This document shows, piece by piece, positions 11,677 to 23,852 of a stretch of DNA of 64,000 nt. Source of the stretch: Candidatus Thorarchaeota archaeon (lineage in GTDB: Archaea > Asgardarchaeota > Thorarchaeia > Thorarchaeales > Thorarchaeaceae); NCBI GenBank assembly GCA_029855935.1, contig JAGSHN010000025.1, forward strand, positions 147,135 through 211,134, given 5' to 3'. Position 1 is the first letter of the stretch. Every line of letters begins with the position of its first letter. The notes under the pieces are model-generated. The model searched no databases. It was not told where the DNA came from and saw only the letters and a list, made by a program, of their open reading frames with translations. The translations under genes were made by a program, and so were the position numbers.

Positions 11677-12837
11677 ATGGAGAGAGATGTTGCAATCATT
11701 GGCGTTGGAATGAGCAAGTTCGGAGAGCTCTGGGAGAAGAGCCTGAGAGACATCACACTCGAGGCAGGGATGTACGCCATATTCGACTCTGGCGTCAGCG
11801 GCAAGGACATAGATGGTATAGTGATTGGAAACATGAGCGCTGGCAGATTCACCGGACAGGAGCATCTCGGTGCAATGGCCGCGGATATGGGCGGTCTTGC
11901 TGGAGTACCTGCGTACAGCGTTGAGGCGGCCTGTGCCAGTGGCGGTGCTGCAGTGAGACAAGCGTATATGGCAATCAAGTCTGGCGAACACGACCTGATG
12001 CTCGTTCTGGGCTGCGAGAAGATGAGTGATGTGACTCAGGGCGAGGCCATAAACACGGTATCTGTGGCCACGGACTGGGAGTGGGAGGGCATGTTCGGTG
12101 CGACGTTCCCCGCACTCTATGCATTTATGGCCCGCAGACACATGCACCAGTACGGCACAACAGAGGAGCAGATGAGCTTGGTGACAGTGAAGAATCACAA
12201 GAATGCCCAGTGGAACCCGTGGGCACAGTTTCAGAGGCCTGTACCACTGGAGATTGTGATGAAGTCGGGTCTCATAGCCGACCCCATAAGAGTACTCCAC
12301 TCCTCTCCGGTGACGGACGGCGCCGCTGGACTTGTGATGTGCTCAGCAGACCTTGCCAAGAAGTTCACGGACACGCCCATCTACATTCTGTCATCCGAGC
12401 AGGCGAGTGACACGCTCTCCCTCCACGACAGGAGGGATATAACGACGATGGACGCCGTAGTCAGGTCGACCAAGTCGGCCCTGAAGGAGTCCGGCCTTGA
12501 GATAAAGGACATCGATGTGTTCGAGCTTCACGACAGCTTCACGATTGGTGAGATCATCCTCACGGAGGACATCGGCCTCACCGAGAAGGGCAAGGGTGGG
12601 AAGCTCGTCGAAGAGGGTGTCACTGAGATAGACGGGAAGTATCCTGTCAACCCGTCCGGAGGGCTGAAGGCCAGAGGCCATCCCATTGGCGCCACGGGAG
12701 TGGCACAGATAGTGGAACTTGCCCTGCAGCTGCGGGGCGATGCTGAGAAGCGACAGGTGGATGGTGCGGAGAAGGGCCTCGCCGTGAACATCGGGGGCAC
12801 TGGCGGGACCTCGATTGTCCACATTCTAGGGAGGTGA
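11677..12837 (+). CDS. Acetyl-CoA C-acetyltransferase (thiolase) of the HMGS/thiolase/DUF35 complex
   Basis: EAACASG, HDSF, NPSGGLKARGHPIGATG; lies between HMGS and DUF35. Confidence 0.93.
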   Translation: MERDVAIIGVGMSKFGELWEKSLRDITLEAGMYAIFDSGVSGKDIDGIVIGNMSAGRFTGQEHLGAMAADMGGLAGVPAYSVEAACASGGAAVRQAYMAIKSGEHDLMLVLGCEKMSDVTQGEAINTVSVATDWEWEGMFGATFPALYAFMARRHMHQYGTTEEQMSLVTVKNHKNAQWNPWAQFQRPVPLEIVMKSGLIADPIRVLHSSPVTDGAAGLVMCSADLAKKFTDTPIYILSSEQASDTLSLHDRRDITTMDAVVRSTKSALKESGLEIKDIDVFELHDSFTIGEIILTEDIGLTEKGKGGKLVEEGVTEIDGKYPVNPSGGLKARGHPIGATGVAQIVELALQLRGDAEKRQVDGAEKGLAVNIGGTGGTSIVHILGR

Positions 12838-12842
12838 CATGA

Positions 12843-13271
12843 GTGGCAGAGAAGCCAGTAGCACAGTTCTGGAGAAAGATCAGGTCGGTCTACAATATCG
12901 TCGGTACGCACTGCAAGACCTGCGGCGAGTACTACTTCCCGCCGAGGCCAGTCTGCCCGAACTGCAGGCGGAAAGGCGAGCTGGAGGAGTACAAGTTCAA
13001 GGGACTCGGCAAGGTCTACACCTTCTCTGTGGTCCGTCAGGCGCCGCCGGAGTTCAAGCGTCAGGTGCCCTACGTGATAGCGCAGGTGGAACTGGATGAG
13101 GGTCCCCGTCTGACGGCGCAGATTGTCAATTGTGACCCCGAGGACGTACACATCGGGATGCGCGTCAGAGCGTGTTTCAGGAAGATCCGCGAGATGGGTG
13201 GCGGTGGCATCATCGTCTACGGCTACAAGTTCGAGCCCACCATGAAGGTCACCGGCCACAACAAGGAGTGA
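12843..13271 (+). CDS. DUF35 (Zn-ribbon plus OB-fold) scaffold protein
   Basis: CKTC...CPNC followed by an OB fold (G-x-V-Y-T-F-S-V-V, PY, YGYKF). Confidence 0.92.
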   Translation: MAEKPVAQFWRKIRSVYNIVGTHCKTCGEYYFPPRPVCPNCRRKGELEEYKFKGLGKVYTFSVVRQAPPEFKRQVPYVIAQVELDEGPRLTAQIVNCDPEDVHIGMRVRACFRKIREMGGGGIIVYGYKFEPTMKVTGHNKE

Positions 13272-13973
13272 TCAGTCGTCGGTCCACAGCTCAAGTTGCG
13301 TGATCCTCCCGGTGGCAGGGAGCGACACGTTGCGTACGAGCGTACCATCAATCCAGGCCTCGTGTACCACGGAGTTGTGCGCGTGACCGTGGATCACGAG
13401 GTCTGGACTCTCTCTTCTTATCAGCTCCTCAAACCTACGGCTCCATGTCCACGGTACTACTCGCTCCGGCTCGCCTCGGCAAGTCGCCAGACAGGGGCTG
13501 TAATGCATCAGCAGAATCACCCTGTCCACAGACGGGCGGATACGCTGTAGTAGAGACTCAGCACGCCTTGCCCGACGCTCAAACTCTGTTCTCACACGCG
13601 GGATGTTCCGCCGTTGCCAGCTCGTCGGCTCGGTGAGAGACCCCTGCGTGCCGACTATTCCAATACGGATGCCTCTTATAGTGAGGATGAGGTCGCGTTC
13701 GTCGAGCATCACGACGTGATCTCTCACGCGTGAGGCTATTGCCTTTCGCAATTCAGTGTACTCCTGGTTGCCGTAGCAGCCGACAATGGGAAAGGCCGTG
13801 CCGAGCCGATCGCGAATCATAGAAACGACTGCCGCAAACTCCTCCGGAACGCCCTGGTCAACAATGTCTCCGGCCAGTAGGAAGAGATCTGGCGGGCTGC
13901 AGTCGTTCAGTGCTCTACCAAACTCGCCCAGATAGCGCGGACTGTGTACATCGCCAACGGCTGCGATCTTCAT
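13272..13973 (-). CDS. Calcineurin-like metallophosphoesterase
   Basis: DVH, GD, GNQE, HYSP and HGHAH motifs. Confidence 0.88.
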   Translation of the reverse strand: MKIAAVGDVHSPRYLGEFGRALNDCSPPDLFLLAGDIVDQGVPEEFAAVVSMIRDRLGTAFPIVGCYGNQEYTELRKAIASRVRDHVVMLDERDLILTIRGIRIGIVGTQGSLTEPTSWQRRNIPRVRTEFERRARRAESLLQRIRPSVDRVILLMHYSPCLATCRGEPERVVPWTWSRRFEELIRRESPDLVIHGHAHNSVVHEAWIDGTLVRNVSLPATGRITQLELWTDD

Positions 13974-14057
13974 AGCCTCTACTCGTGTGACTTTTGGTCA
14001 AGTCACTGAAACATTGATTTAAGCGTTGGGTGCCAGAGATGGCAGTGTGCATCGGCA

Positions 14058-15050
14058 ATGACCGGGTCCTGGGCGCTCAATCTGTTCGACAGGTTCCATC
14101 TGGGCCACCAAGTACTCATTGAGAGGCTCCTTGAGTTGCCGGAGCCAAGGACTGCCTGTGTGGTGGAGGGGGAGTTTGTCGGACACAACCTTGAGCTGCC
14201 CCAGCTCATACAGCCCATCGACCTACGTGTCAAGAACCTCAAGCGGTATCTTGCTGAGACCGACGGTGGCGACACAATTGACGTTGTCACGATGTCGCAG
14301 TTCGACGACCTGTTGCGGATTGAGGGTTCCACGACGTTCCTGGTGTTTCAGGGGCCCTGCTGTGCAGAGATTGACGAACTGGGTCTTGCGAGACGTCAGC
14401 AGGTACTCGGCACGGAGGATGAGAGAGTGTATCTCAAGCCGGTCATGGCACGAGATGGTGGCAAGCTCTCGTCCGCACGCATCAGGCTCGGCGAGATAGA
14501 CAGAGAGGGCCGAAGACTGAAGGGAACTGACGAGCCACCACGACGGCTCCCCGAGACCGGTAGAGGGTCTCTCAAGACGCCCAAGGGAATCCTGTTTGAC
14601 GTCTGTGACGGCCCGCCGGAGGCACGTGTCGGGCAACGACTTGAGGAGGAGAAACCACCTGTCGTGATAGCGGTTGGAGACGTCACCAGTACGACTCTCC
14701 TCGATGTCGGGGTCCAGCCAGACGTGTGCATCGTCGATGGGGCCACAAAGAGAGGGGCCTTTGAGAGAGAAGTGCGGACGCGTGAGAGGTTTGTCATATA
14801 CAACCCGCCAGCCACAATCTATCCGGAGGCATGGTCAACGATTGCCACAGCCATCGAGTGCGATGCTCCGGCCGTCATTGCTGTGGAGGGCGAGGAGGAT
14901 CTACTCGGCTTTCCTGCGGTACTGCTCGCTCCTGAGGATGCCGTGATGCTGTACGGTCAGCCTGACCGCGGCATTGTATGGGTACCCGTCAACACAGATA
15001 GCAAGGCTGCAGCGAGGGCACTCCTTGAGCAGATGCCCGTCATCGAATGA
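14058..15050 (+). CDS. coaD: Fusion of phosphopantetheine adenylyltransferase and GTP-dependent dephospho-CoA kinase (DUF359)
   Basis: N-terminal FDRFHLGH (HxGH) and LSSARIR; C-terminal VGDVT, GEEDLL and YGQP DUF359 motifs. Confidence 0.8.
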   Translation: MTGSWALNLFDRFHLGHQVLIERLLELPEPRTACVVEGEFVGHNLELPQLIQPIDLRVKNLKRYLAETDGGDTIDVVTMSQFDDLLRIEGSTTFLVFQGPCCAEIDELGLARRQQVLGTEDERVYLKPVMARDGGKLSSARIRLGEIDREGRRLKGTDEPPRRLPETGRGSLKTPKGILFDVCDGPPEARVGQRLEEEKPPVVIAVGDVTSTTLLDVGVQPDVCIVDGATKRGAFEREVRTRERFVIYNPPATIYPEAWSTIATAIECDAPAVIAVEGEEDLLGFPAVLLAPEDAVMLYGQPDRGIVWVPVNTDSKAAARALLEQMPVIE

Positions 15051-16569
15051 AGACCCCTCTCATAGCCTCAGGTATCTGACCGATACAGTCGGTAGCAGTG
15101 ATATGATCACCGAGCTGGGAATGCGCAATCTCTCCGGCAAGTCCCGAGATGAAGGCCGCAGCAGATGCCGCAAGAAAGGCACCGCGCCCTCGGGCGAGAA
15201 GTGCGGCACAGATTCCGGTCAGCACATCACCAGTGCCTCCAACTGTCATCGCAGGGACACCAGTCTTGTTCAACTTGTGCCTGCCGTCCGGTGATGCAAT
15301 CACATCAATGGGACCCTTGAGCAGAACCGTTGAGTTGTACTCACGTGCACCTTGAACTGCGTGCTCGACTCTGTTGTCAATATCGTCCGCCGGGCCGAGA
15401 TCGTCTCCGAGGAGTATGCCCAGCTCGCCCCAGTGTGGTGTGAGAATCACCGTCTCCGGGTCGAGTCTCAGACCGGATCCGGCAATTGCCTTAAGACCGT
15501 CAGCGTCTATCACCATCAATGTCCCCTCAGCCGTCAGCGTGCCCACAATCTGTCTGACAGCCCGCACGGTCGTATCATCTCTCCCCAGCCCGGGTCCAAT
15601 CGCCACCACATCGTTGGCCCTCGCCGCATCCAGAACCACATCCACGCAATCTGGACTGAGAACTGTCGTGCCCGTACTGCGGACCATCAGATTGGGGCTG
15701 AACGATCTGATGGCCCCAACAACAGGCTCGGGAGCAACCACACTCACGAGGTCCGCGCCCGTACGCAGTGCGCCAAGCGCCGAGAGAGCAGGCGCGCCCG
15801 AGAATACATTGCTCCCGCCCACCACGAGAACTCGTCCGTAGTCCCCCTTCTTTGACATCGATTTGCGAGGTCTGTTGAAGACCCAGAGGTCGCCGTCTCC
15901 GCATATCGTGTACGCCTCCGGAGGGATTCCAATAGGTACCACGACGAGCTCACCGACATACTCGCCTGCCTTCAGCAGTCCCGGCTTTGGAGCGTGAAGT
16001 GTGATTGTGACATCAGCCCGCACGGCCTCACCAAGTACCTCTCCACTGTCTGCATTGATCCCGGTGGGGACATCAATGGCGTACTTCCGGCCGCCTGCAG
16101 CATTAAAGGCACGCACCGCGGACAGAATGGGCTCTCTGAGAGGCGAACGCAGACCAAAGCCGAGCATAGCGTCGACAAGAATATCAGCAGCCCTCAGGGC
16201 CTCACAGTCTCGGACAGCGCTCTCCGTGCGGAGGGTGTGAACAGGGATACCGTCCAGATTCTTCAGAATGCTCCAGTTGAATCGCGTGTCCTCGCTTGAG
16301 ATGCTGTGTTCCGACCCGATGAGATAGACGTCCACTGTCGCCCCTGCCTCGTGGAGATGCCTTGCCGCCACCATCCCGTCGCCACCGTTGCCACCACCGC
16401 CACATAGGATGACTACCCTCTTCCTGTCGACACCCTTCTCGTGATCCGTGACTACGCGAGCGACCTCGCGGCCCGCTGCCTGCATCAACATACTAAGGCT
16501 CACTCCGAGGTACTGGGCGTTAAGCTCGAGGACTCGCATCTCAAGAGTTGACAGTGGTTCCTTCTGCAC
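15040..16569 (-). CDS. nnr: Bifunctional NAD(P)H-hydrate epimerase/dehydratase
   Basis: GNGGDG and DVPTG (YjeF_N); KGDYG, DADG, TPHWGE and GGTGD (carbohydrate kinase). GTG start with a GAGGTGA RBS. Confidence 0.95.
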   Translation of the reverse strand: MQKEPLSTLEMRVLELNAQYLGVSLSMLMQAAGREVARVVTDHEKGVDRKRVVILCGGGGNGGDGMVAARHLHEAGATVDVYLIGSEHSISSEDTRFNWSILKNLDGIPVHTLRTESAVRDCEALRAADILVDAMLGFGLRSPLREPILSAVRAFNAAGGRKYAIDVPTGINADSGEVLGEAVRADVTITLHAPKPGLLKAGEYVGELVVVPIGIPPEAYTICGDGDLWVFNRPRKSMSKKGDYGRVLVVGGSNVFSGAPALSALGALRTGADLVSVVAPEPVVGAIRSFSPNLMVRSTGTTVLSPDCVDVVLDAARANDVVAIGPGLGRDDTTVRAVRQIVGTLTAEGTLMVIDADGLKAIAGSGLRLDPETVILTPHWGELGILLGDDLGPADDIDNRVEHAVQGAREYNSTVLLKGPIDVIASPDGRHKLNKTGVPAMTVGGTGDVLTGICAALLARGRGAFLAASAAAFISGLAGEIAHSQLGDHITATDCIGQIPEAMRGVFIR

Positions 16570-16809
16570 AGGTATCACCTCGCTCGTACCACATCCGAAC
16601 TCACACTGTCTAATGAACCCTTTCGACACGTCTGACGACGGAGTGCCCGTAGCACGACCGGACAATTCCCTGAGACCTTGTGAATGGAAGAGGACAGGAT
16701 GAGAGAGGACCGGAGAGTACATGGGGGGTCACGATAGAAGAGAGAGGAGGACGCTAGCTATGAATGCCAGCGCCCATCGACCTATGTACAGCGACCTGTA
16801 CAAGTGCTG

Positions 16810-19082
<2,273 letters not shown>

Positions 19083-19187
19083 CAAGCTACGCCTCGCGCC
19101 CTTGTGACGCCGCGTGGGCCGACTTGAGGCGGTCATAAAGGTTTGGGTACCCACCTAATATCAGAAGCGCAATGGTTGCACAGACGC

Positions 19188-20915
19188 CTAGAAGACGGCA
19201 CGGACAGTGTTCAGTACAAGACCCACGAGATCCCTTGCCCGAGAGACCCTGATGACCGTCGCGCCCGCCTTGGTCAGAAGGGCCATCGACGGAGGATCAG
19301 AGCCCTCATCAAGCCATATGTGGAACACGAACAGGCTATGGCCGCGCTGTGTCAACCTCCTCACGCAGCGGACCATCTCTCCCCAGTTAGAGACTTCAGC
19401 GTCCGTGACCATCAGCACGACGGTCCTGTGCTCTGAGAGCAGACCCATCGTTTCGATTGCCTCGGCGGGAAGGACAGTGCCCTCCCCTTGGTACCTGAGC
19501 AGCACACGTTCGAGCAGGCTTCGTTCCCTCGTCCATCTCGTCTCAATCCAGTCTGAGGAGAAGTTGATGACAGCAACCCTGGACCCGCGACGCAACACAT
19601 AGTCGATTGCGGCAAAGGCGGATAGGAGAGCAAGATGAAATGCTCCCGAGAGCGAGGAGGTCCTGACATTCCAGGTCATCGAGCCACTGGAGTCAAGCAC
19701 AAGCAGAAGGTCTGGGAGGACCTTGGCCTCCGTGTCGGAATAGGACTCTACCCGGTGCCACCTCCGCGTTGATAGGTTCGGTATGAGGACGGGAAATGCC
19801 TGCAACGACTGGACCACATCAAGCTCCTCAATTGGATCACCAATCCGCCATACAATCGGAGCTAGCGGCAGGGCACCAGTGTGGCTACGCTCTCGTATCT
19901 CAAGCCTGACTAGCTCGCGAGCAAGGGCACGATACCAGAAACGGAGCCAGTCACGGCCTGAACCAGTGACCCCGCGCAGTACCATGGCCGCGCGAAAGTC
20001 CTCAAGATTGCCACCACGTTCTCTGATACTCGCAGCAGTGGCCTCAATCTCGGCCTCACTGGCGCGACGCAACGGGTCTGTGCATTCTCTCACACGCTCG
20101 CCGTTGCGAATCTCGACGGGACTGCCCATCACCCTGTCTACATCTTGTGGGACACGAACAACATCCTCCTTGCCCTCACCACGCCACGGCAGGCGCACCA
20201 TCTTGATGCTCTCGCCCGAGCCGCTGCCCGGCAGGCCCTCTTCCCCTGAAGTCCCCCCGAGTCTGGCAATGATCTGAGCAATCTTTTCGACTGCCAAGGG
20301 CCATCTGCGTTCACGATGACGATACTGGCGGAACACCTCCACAATCTCGGAGGCTGCAGCCAAGATGTCTCTACCGAGCTTCACGGACTCCGGAACGGGG
20401 AGACCCCACTGGACTCGGTAGGTCGCCACGATGAGCGACCAGAGGACTGACCGCTGGGCGCCCTTCATTGCGGAATAGTAGACCGAGTGTACGATCCGAT
20501 TGTGGGTCAGACGAGGATACTGCTCAAGAAGTAGGGAGTCGACGACGAGGTCCGCGAACAGGTTACACGCGAACATAGCGGTCTCGTCATTCAGATGTCG
20601 TCGGGCACGGGAGAACATCATCGCACTGGTCACGTTGTCATAAGGACAGGTCAGGTAGTGCTGCAGCTCATGATGGCACACTGACCTGACAAAGGCGAAG
20701 GTCTCTTCGCTCGTCAGATAGTCGGGGACACTAGCGAGGTTGAGATGGACAGTCCACGTCTCGGTGTCGATGTAAAAGTGGCTGGGACGCTCGTCGTCGA
20801 TGTCTATGACAGGGTCAGGGACAGGCGGCGAGTACAGGTCAGCCAGTGCCCGTGACCACGCACGCTCTGCGACCTCTATGATATGAGGCATGCCAGATCT
20901 GCTGTCGGACACCAT
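19188..20915 (-). CDS. VWA-domain protein with an N-terminal HExxH putative metallopeptidase domain
   Basis: HHELQH plus downstream NLFAD; MIDAS elements DSSGS, GEGT and TDAE. Confidence 0.8.
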   Translation of the reverse strand: MVSDSRSGMPHIIEVAERAWSRALADLYSPPVPDPVIDIDDERPSHFYIDTETWTVHLNLASVPDYLTSEETFAFVRSVCHHELQHYLTCPYDNVTSAMMFSRARRHLNDETAMFACNLFADLVVDSLLLEQYPRLTHNRIVHSVYYSAMKGAQRSVLWSLIVATYRVQWGLPVPESVKLGRDILAAASEIVEVFRQYRHRERRWPLAVEKIAQIIARLGGTSGEEGLPGSGSGESIKMVRLPWRGEGKEDVVRVPQDVDRVMGSPVEIRNGERVRECTDPLRRASEAEIEATAASIRERGGNLEDFRAAMVLRGVTGSGRDWLRFWYRALARELVRLEIRERSHTGALPLAPIVWRIGDPIEELDVVQSLQAFPVLIPNLSTRRWHRVESYSDTEAKVLPDLLLVLDSSGSMTWNVRTSSLSGAFHLALLSAFAAIDYVLRRGSRVAVINFSSDWIETRWTRERSLLERVLLRYQGEGTVLPAEAIETMGLLSEHRTVVLMVTDAEVSNWGEMVRCVRRLTQRGHSLFVFHIWLDEGSDPPSMALLTKAGATVIRVSRARDLVGLVLNTVRAVF

Positions 20916-22669
20916 CAACGCCTCGCTACTTGTCCCAGTCCCTCCTCAATTATCCTCCTCAGTCTGATTGCAGGAGTACCACCCGACACCTCAAGAAACA
21001 CGGATGAGTCCGGTGAATCGCCAGTGACATAGATGACCAGGGTCAGTTGATCCATTCGAATGACACGTCGCTTGGGCGGATGTAGGGTCTCCTTTAGGAA
21101 GGGCGTCATCTCGGGGAATGCCATACTGATGGTCGTCCACAGCTCACTCCAACGACGGAAGTCAAGGGTGTACTGCGACAGCGTAAGCCTGTGAAGGGCA
21201 TCCGAGACCCGGCCAATCAGGGCGGCGCGGTTCGGTATTGTAGATGACCGTACAAGTTCCGCATACACCTTTGAGAGCCTCTTGACATCACCTGCAGCAA
21301 TAGCAGCATCAATACGATGCACCATCTTCTCGTACGAGGCCTGTATCATCTTCTTTGCCACAGGGAGATAGTCGAGTCTGACCAGTAGATCGCTCTTGGC
21401 AATCTCCTGGAGTTTCTGGATGTCATCACGAGACCCATCACCCGTCTGTAGGCGGGCCATTATCTTACGGGCTGGCTCCCGGGCCACGAATCGGGCAGTG
21501 GCCAGCTCCACAAGGTGGCACGTGAACTCGTATCTGTCACCATAGAAGGGCGATGCAGCCAGCCGGTCACGTACAAAGCGGGTGCGATGCCAGAAGACGA
21601 GCGGTGCAATCGACTTGACGATGTCCACACTCACTTCATCCGCACCGACAAGCCACGCTAGCGCCTTGCTGTAACGATTCAGGTCCTTTGCAGCCCTGAC
21701 GCTGAGTGGGATGACCACTTTGTTGCATACCGTCTTGGCGATGTTGTAGTGACATCCATCACAGAGTCCCGAGTCAACTGTCAGCTCTCCAGACTGGCTC
21801 TTGTCGACACGCACACAGGCGTCGAACTCCCTCACCAATGACCGTATGTACTCGGAGGCCCCGTGCGATACCGCCATCTTATCCGCAAGATTCCAGATTG
21901 TGAGGAGGTCCTCCTCTGTCAGGATCCCCGGCACCTGCCAGAGCTCGTCGTAGCCGAAGAGCCTCTCATCACGGGTACCCAGGATGATCTCAAGGTCAGA
22001 GATTCGAGGCATTGTTATTGGTACGGCAAGGCCAAACCTGTCGAGAAAGGGTGGCGCCAGCTCAAAGGTCCCCGAGTCGGTTGGATTCATAGTGGCAAAC
22101 AGGCAGTATTCCTCGCATCGGCGCACCTCATCATAGTACTTGAGTTCGCCCTCCGCAAGCATCGACAGGAGTATGTTCTGTGCATGCGGAGTGAGACGAT
22201 TGACCTCATCGACTATTTTCCAGAAGTCCGTTACAAACCGCCGCCAAACAACAACCTCGCGACCCTCCTTCATCAACGGGCCAGGACGAAGCGTCGCCAC
22301 CATCTTCTCCTCGGTCAGCTGTGGGTGTCCACGGAGAATGGCATCCTCGATCTCGGCTATGCTCCGCCCCGTCATCATCCGGCCAAGGAGTTTCACAAGG
22401 GTGGTCTTGCCGCCGCCGTGGCCTCCAACAAGCAGCATCGCAGAGCGAGGGACCAGGGCATTAAGAACACAGCTACCAGCAATGAGCGGCAGTCGAATCG
22501 ACTTCGCACGACCCGCTCCCGCTGGCTGATACTTCACGGTCAGCTCCCCGGAGTGAACGAACAGGCCGTGGCTCTCGACCGTCGTGATGACCTCCATCAC
22601 CTTGCGCCTCAGCTGTTCGTTCCTGCTGACCATTGCGATCACATCGCGTACTCTTATCGGAGTCTCCAT
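20915..22669 (-). CDS. MoxR-like AAA+ ATPase
   Basis: GGHGGGKTT, IVDEVNR, ATMN, LDRF and SVRA motifs; coupled to the VWA gene. Confidence 0.88.
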   Translation of the reverse strand: METPIRVRDVIAMVSRNEQLRRKVMEVITTVESHGLFVHSGELTVKYQPAGAGRAKSIRLPLIAGSCVLNALVPRSAMLLVGGHGGGKTTLVKLLGRMMTGRSIAEIEDAILRGHPQLTEEKMVATLRPGPLMKEGREVVVWRRFVTDFWKIVDEVNRLTPHAQNILLSMLAEGELKYYDEVRRCEEYCLFATMNPTDSGTFELAPPFLDRFGLAVPITMPRISDLEIILGTRDERLFGYDELWQVPGILTEEDLLTIWNLADKMAVSHGASEYIRSLVREFDACVRVDKSQSGELTVDSGLCDGCHYNIAKTVCNKVVIPLSVRAAKDLNRYSKALAWLVGADEVSVDIVKSIAPLVFWHRTRFVRDRLAASPFYGDRYEFTCHLVELATARFVAREPARKIMARLQTGDGSRDDIQKLQEIAKSDLLVRLDYLPVAKKMIQASYEKMVHRIDAAIAAGDVKRLSKVYAELVRSSTIPNRAALIGRVSDALHRLTLSQYTLDFRRWSELWTTISMAFPEMTPFLKETLHPPKRRVIRMDQLTLVIYVTGDSPDSSVFLEVSGGTPAIRLRRIIEEGLGQVARR

Positions 22670-22741
22670 TCTGCCTTATGGTTGATGCGGTGAACGCGCC
22701 AAAGAGTGCCCCGCCCGAAGATGTAATAAACGTAGATTCCG

Positions 22742-23848
22742 ATGCCGGATGAAGGGCAGGTACCTACAGTGGGCGAAGAGACCTCATTTGCTGACGCGAT
22801 AAGGCTGGTGTCGCGGGAGGACATCAGTCCCAGTGGACTAGCACAGCGGTCAGTCGTCGAGATGGCAGAGTCTGTAGCCGAGGTCATTTCTGGCACCCTA
22901 GCCGCACGAGAGCAACTCGAGCAATTGGGCCTCTCCCCATGCACAAGGATACTATTCACGGGCCCCGTAGGAACGGACTTTGAGGACTTTGTCCTCTCTG
23001 TCTGCAGAGAGATGTCGCTGAATCTCGTAAGACTTCGAGTCGAGAGAACATTGCAATACGAGAGAGAGTTTGACACACTTGTTGCAGCAGCACTGGACAC
23101 TGCACGCAGAGAGGCACCAGCCCTCCTGCACATCTCGTCACTGCATCTCTTGAGGGCCGTTGGAGAACGTTCTGAGGTCCTTCTCCGAGAACAGCTGGCA
23201 CAGTCGTCTATGGATAGCCAGTCTCTCGTCGTCATTGTGGGCACCACTCACAGGCCACAGGATCTCGACCCACAGACCCTGCTTGCCTTCGACAGAGTGT
23301 TGTGCGTCGGTCCCCCGGACGGAGAGGACCGGCAGAGTCTGCTCGTCCAGGCCCTTGCGTCACACGAGGACATTGATATTCCTCGTCTCGTAGACCTCAC
23401 CGACGGGTGGTCCTACGCGTCACTCAGACATCTTGTTGCGGCCGTATTGGCAGAGGGCGGAGAGTCGGGCGAGGCGCCATCCATAGACCGCATCGAGAAG
23501 ATGATAGAGGAGGGGCTGTTCGTCCCAGTTCTTGCCACAGGCAGCACAACCGAACTGGAAAAGAGGCTTGTCGGCGGGGGACGGGGGATCACACACGTCA
23601 TTGAGGAGGTGTATCCTGATGACCTCCTCGACCAGCTCTACCTGATGGTCGTTACGGAGGACTATGGGACAGCACAGCAAGTCATCGAGGCCCTAAACGA
23701 GGGACTCCCGCTCTCTGATGAGCAGGTGAGGTTCCTCAACCGTTTTCCGTTTCTCCTCTCAGGAGAGCCCCGTGAGAGGCTCGCCCGTCTGATAAGGGCG
23801 AAGAAGAATAGAGACCGTCTGATGCGCGTGATGGGAAGGGAGGAATGA
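22742..23848 (+). CDS. Catalytically degenerate classic-clade AAA ATPase (CDC48/PAN/Vps4-like fold)
   Basis: ILFTGPVGTDFE, ARREAPALLHISS, GTTHRPQDLDP, FDRVLCVGPPD and TDGWS align with the AAA consensus but lack the Walker A Lys, Walker B acids and Arg fingers. Confidence 0.75.
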   Translation: MPDEGQVPTVGEETSFADAIRLVSREDISPSGLAQRSVVEMAESVAEVISGTLAAREQLEQLGLSPCTRILFTGPVGTDFEDFVLSVCREMSLNLVRLRVERTLQYEREFDTLVAAALDTARREAPALLHISSLHLLRAVGERSEVLLREQLAQSSMDSQSLVVIVGTTHRPQDLDPQTLLAFDRVLCVGPPDGEDRQSLLVQALASHEDIDIPRLVDLTDGWSYASLRHLVAAVLAEGGESGEAPSIDRIEKMIEEGLFVPVLATGSTTELEKRLVGGGRGITHVIEEVYPDDLLDQLYLMVVTEDYGTAQQVIEALNEGLPLSDEQVRFLNRFPFLLSGEPRERLARLIRAKKNRDRLMRVMGREE

Positions 23849-23852
23849 CTGA

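Noticed and set aside
10741-12300. 519-aa antisense ORF and many similar long shadow ORFs (e.g. 18258..19127, 21863..22693, 25509..26432, 30710..31537)
   Set aside because: They lie opposite well-supported genes, show no motifs, and are expected from GC-rich codon bias.
15040-16722. Long N-terminal extensions from the ORF track (nnr, hppA, ABC 37419, DUF2070 39742, DedA 53662, thiolase 56277)
   Set aside because: Downstream starts, mostly with an RBS, match family lengths; the extensions overlap neighbours or promoters.
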